DNA of 5,483 nucleotides from a virus (Duplodnaviria; Heunggongvirae; Uroviricota; Caudoviricetes): IMG/VR virus record IMGVR_UViG_2671180846_000019; one strand, 5' to 3'. Shown piece by piece: positions 5,469 to 5,483 of this stretch (position 1 is its first letter; each line of letters starts with the position of its first letter). The notes under the pieces were generated by a model. It saw only the letters and a program-made list of their open reading frames with translations, ran no database searches and was not told where the DNA came from. The position numbers and the translations under genes were made by a program.

Positions 5469-5483
5469 ATGCGTACATCACTA
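5469..5483 (+). CDS. Start of a downstream gene (partial, continues beyond window end); identity unknown
   Basis: GGGAGG (5459-5464) followed 4 nt later by ATG 5469, then MRTSL... running off the window; the frame has a stop (TGA 5439-5441) just upstream, so the start is well defined. Only 5 codons visible. Confidence 0.3.

Noticed and set aside
5330..5483. Open reading frame in frame 2 running from 5330 to the window end
   Set aside because: No start codon with an SD in this frame, whereas ATG 5469 in frame 0 has a GGGAGG SD; the open frame is most likely chance.
1..5483. Scan for CRISPR repeats, tRNA or rRNA genes, IS terminal inverted repeats and Chi sites (GCTGGTGG)
   Set aside because: No repeat-spacer periodicity, no tRNA-like cloverleaf candidates and no exact Chi octamer were seen by eye on either strand; no transposase-like ORF is present.

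Overview
This window looks like the early-to-late junction of a lambdoid (lambda-like) enterobacterial prophage. On the + strand, a tightly packed run of nin-region genes (a partial upstream gene, ninF, a Rha/Roi-like regulator interrupted by a 50-N gap, ybcO-like, rusA, ninH-like) ends in a 29-codon remnant whose first 20 residues match the N-terminus of lambda antiterminator Q as I recall it. The remnant breaks into AT-rich DNA carrying a minus-strand outer-membrane gene that I identify as the lipid A 3'-O-deacylase lpxR, based on a signal peptide, a C-terminal Phe and the reported catalytic residues at the expected mature positions. An AT-rich divergent region follows, then a 257-aa + strand protein in the position of the late antiterminator Q, with a sigma70-like promoter over its 3' end and an intrinsic terminator about 50 nt downstream. 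The first gene after that terminator is an unrecognised multi-pass membrane protein, followed by a small hydrophobic ORF, a 4-codon mini-ORF with a perfect Shine-Dalgarno, and the start of another gene at the window edge. The membrane protein and the small downstream ORFs are the best candidates for an undescribed late-expressed accessory module. All family assignments come from reading the translations and from recalled reference sequences; no database search was run.
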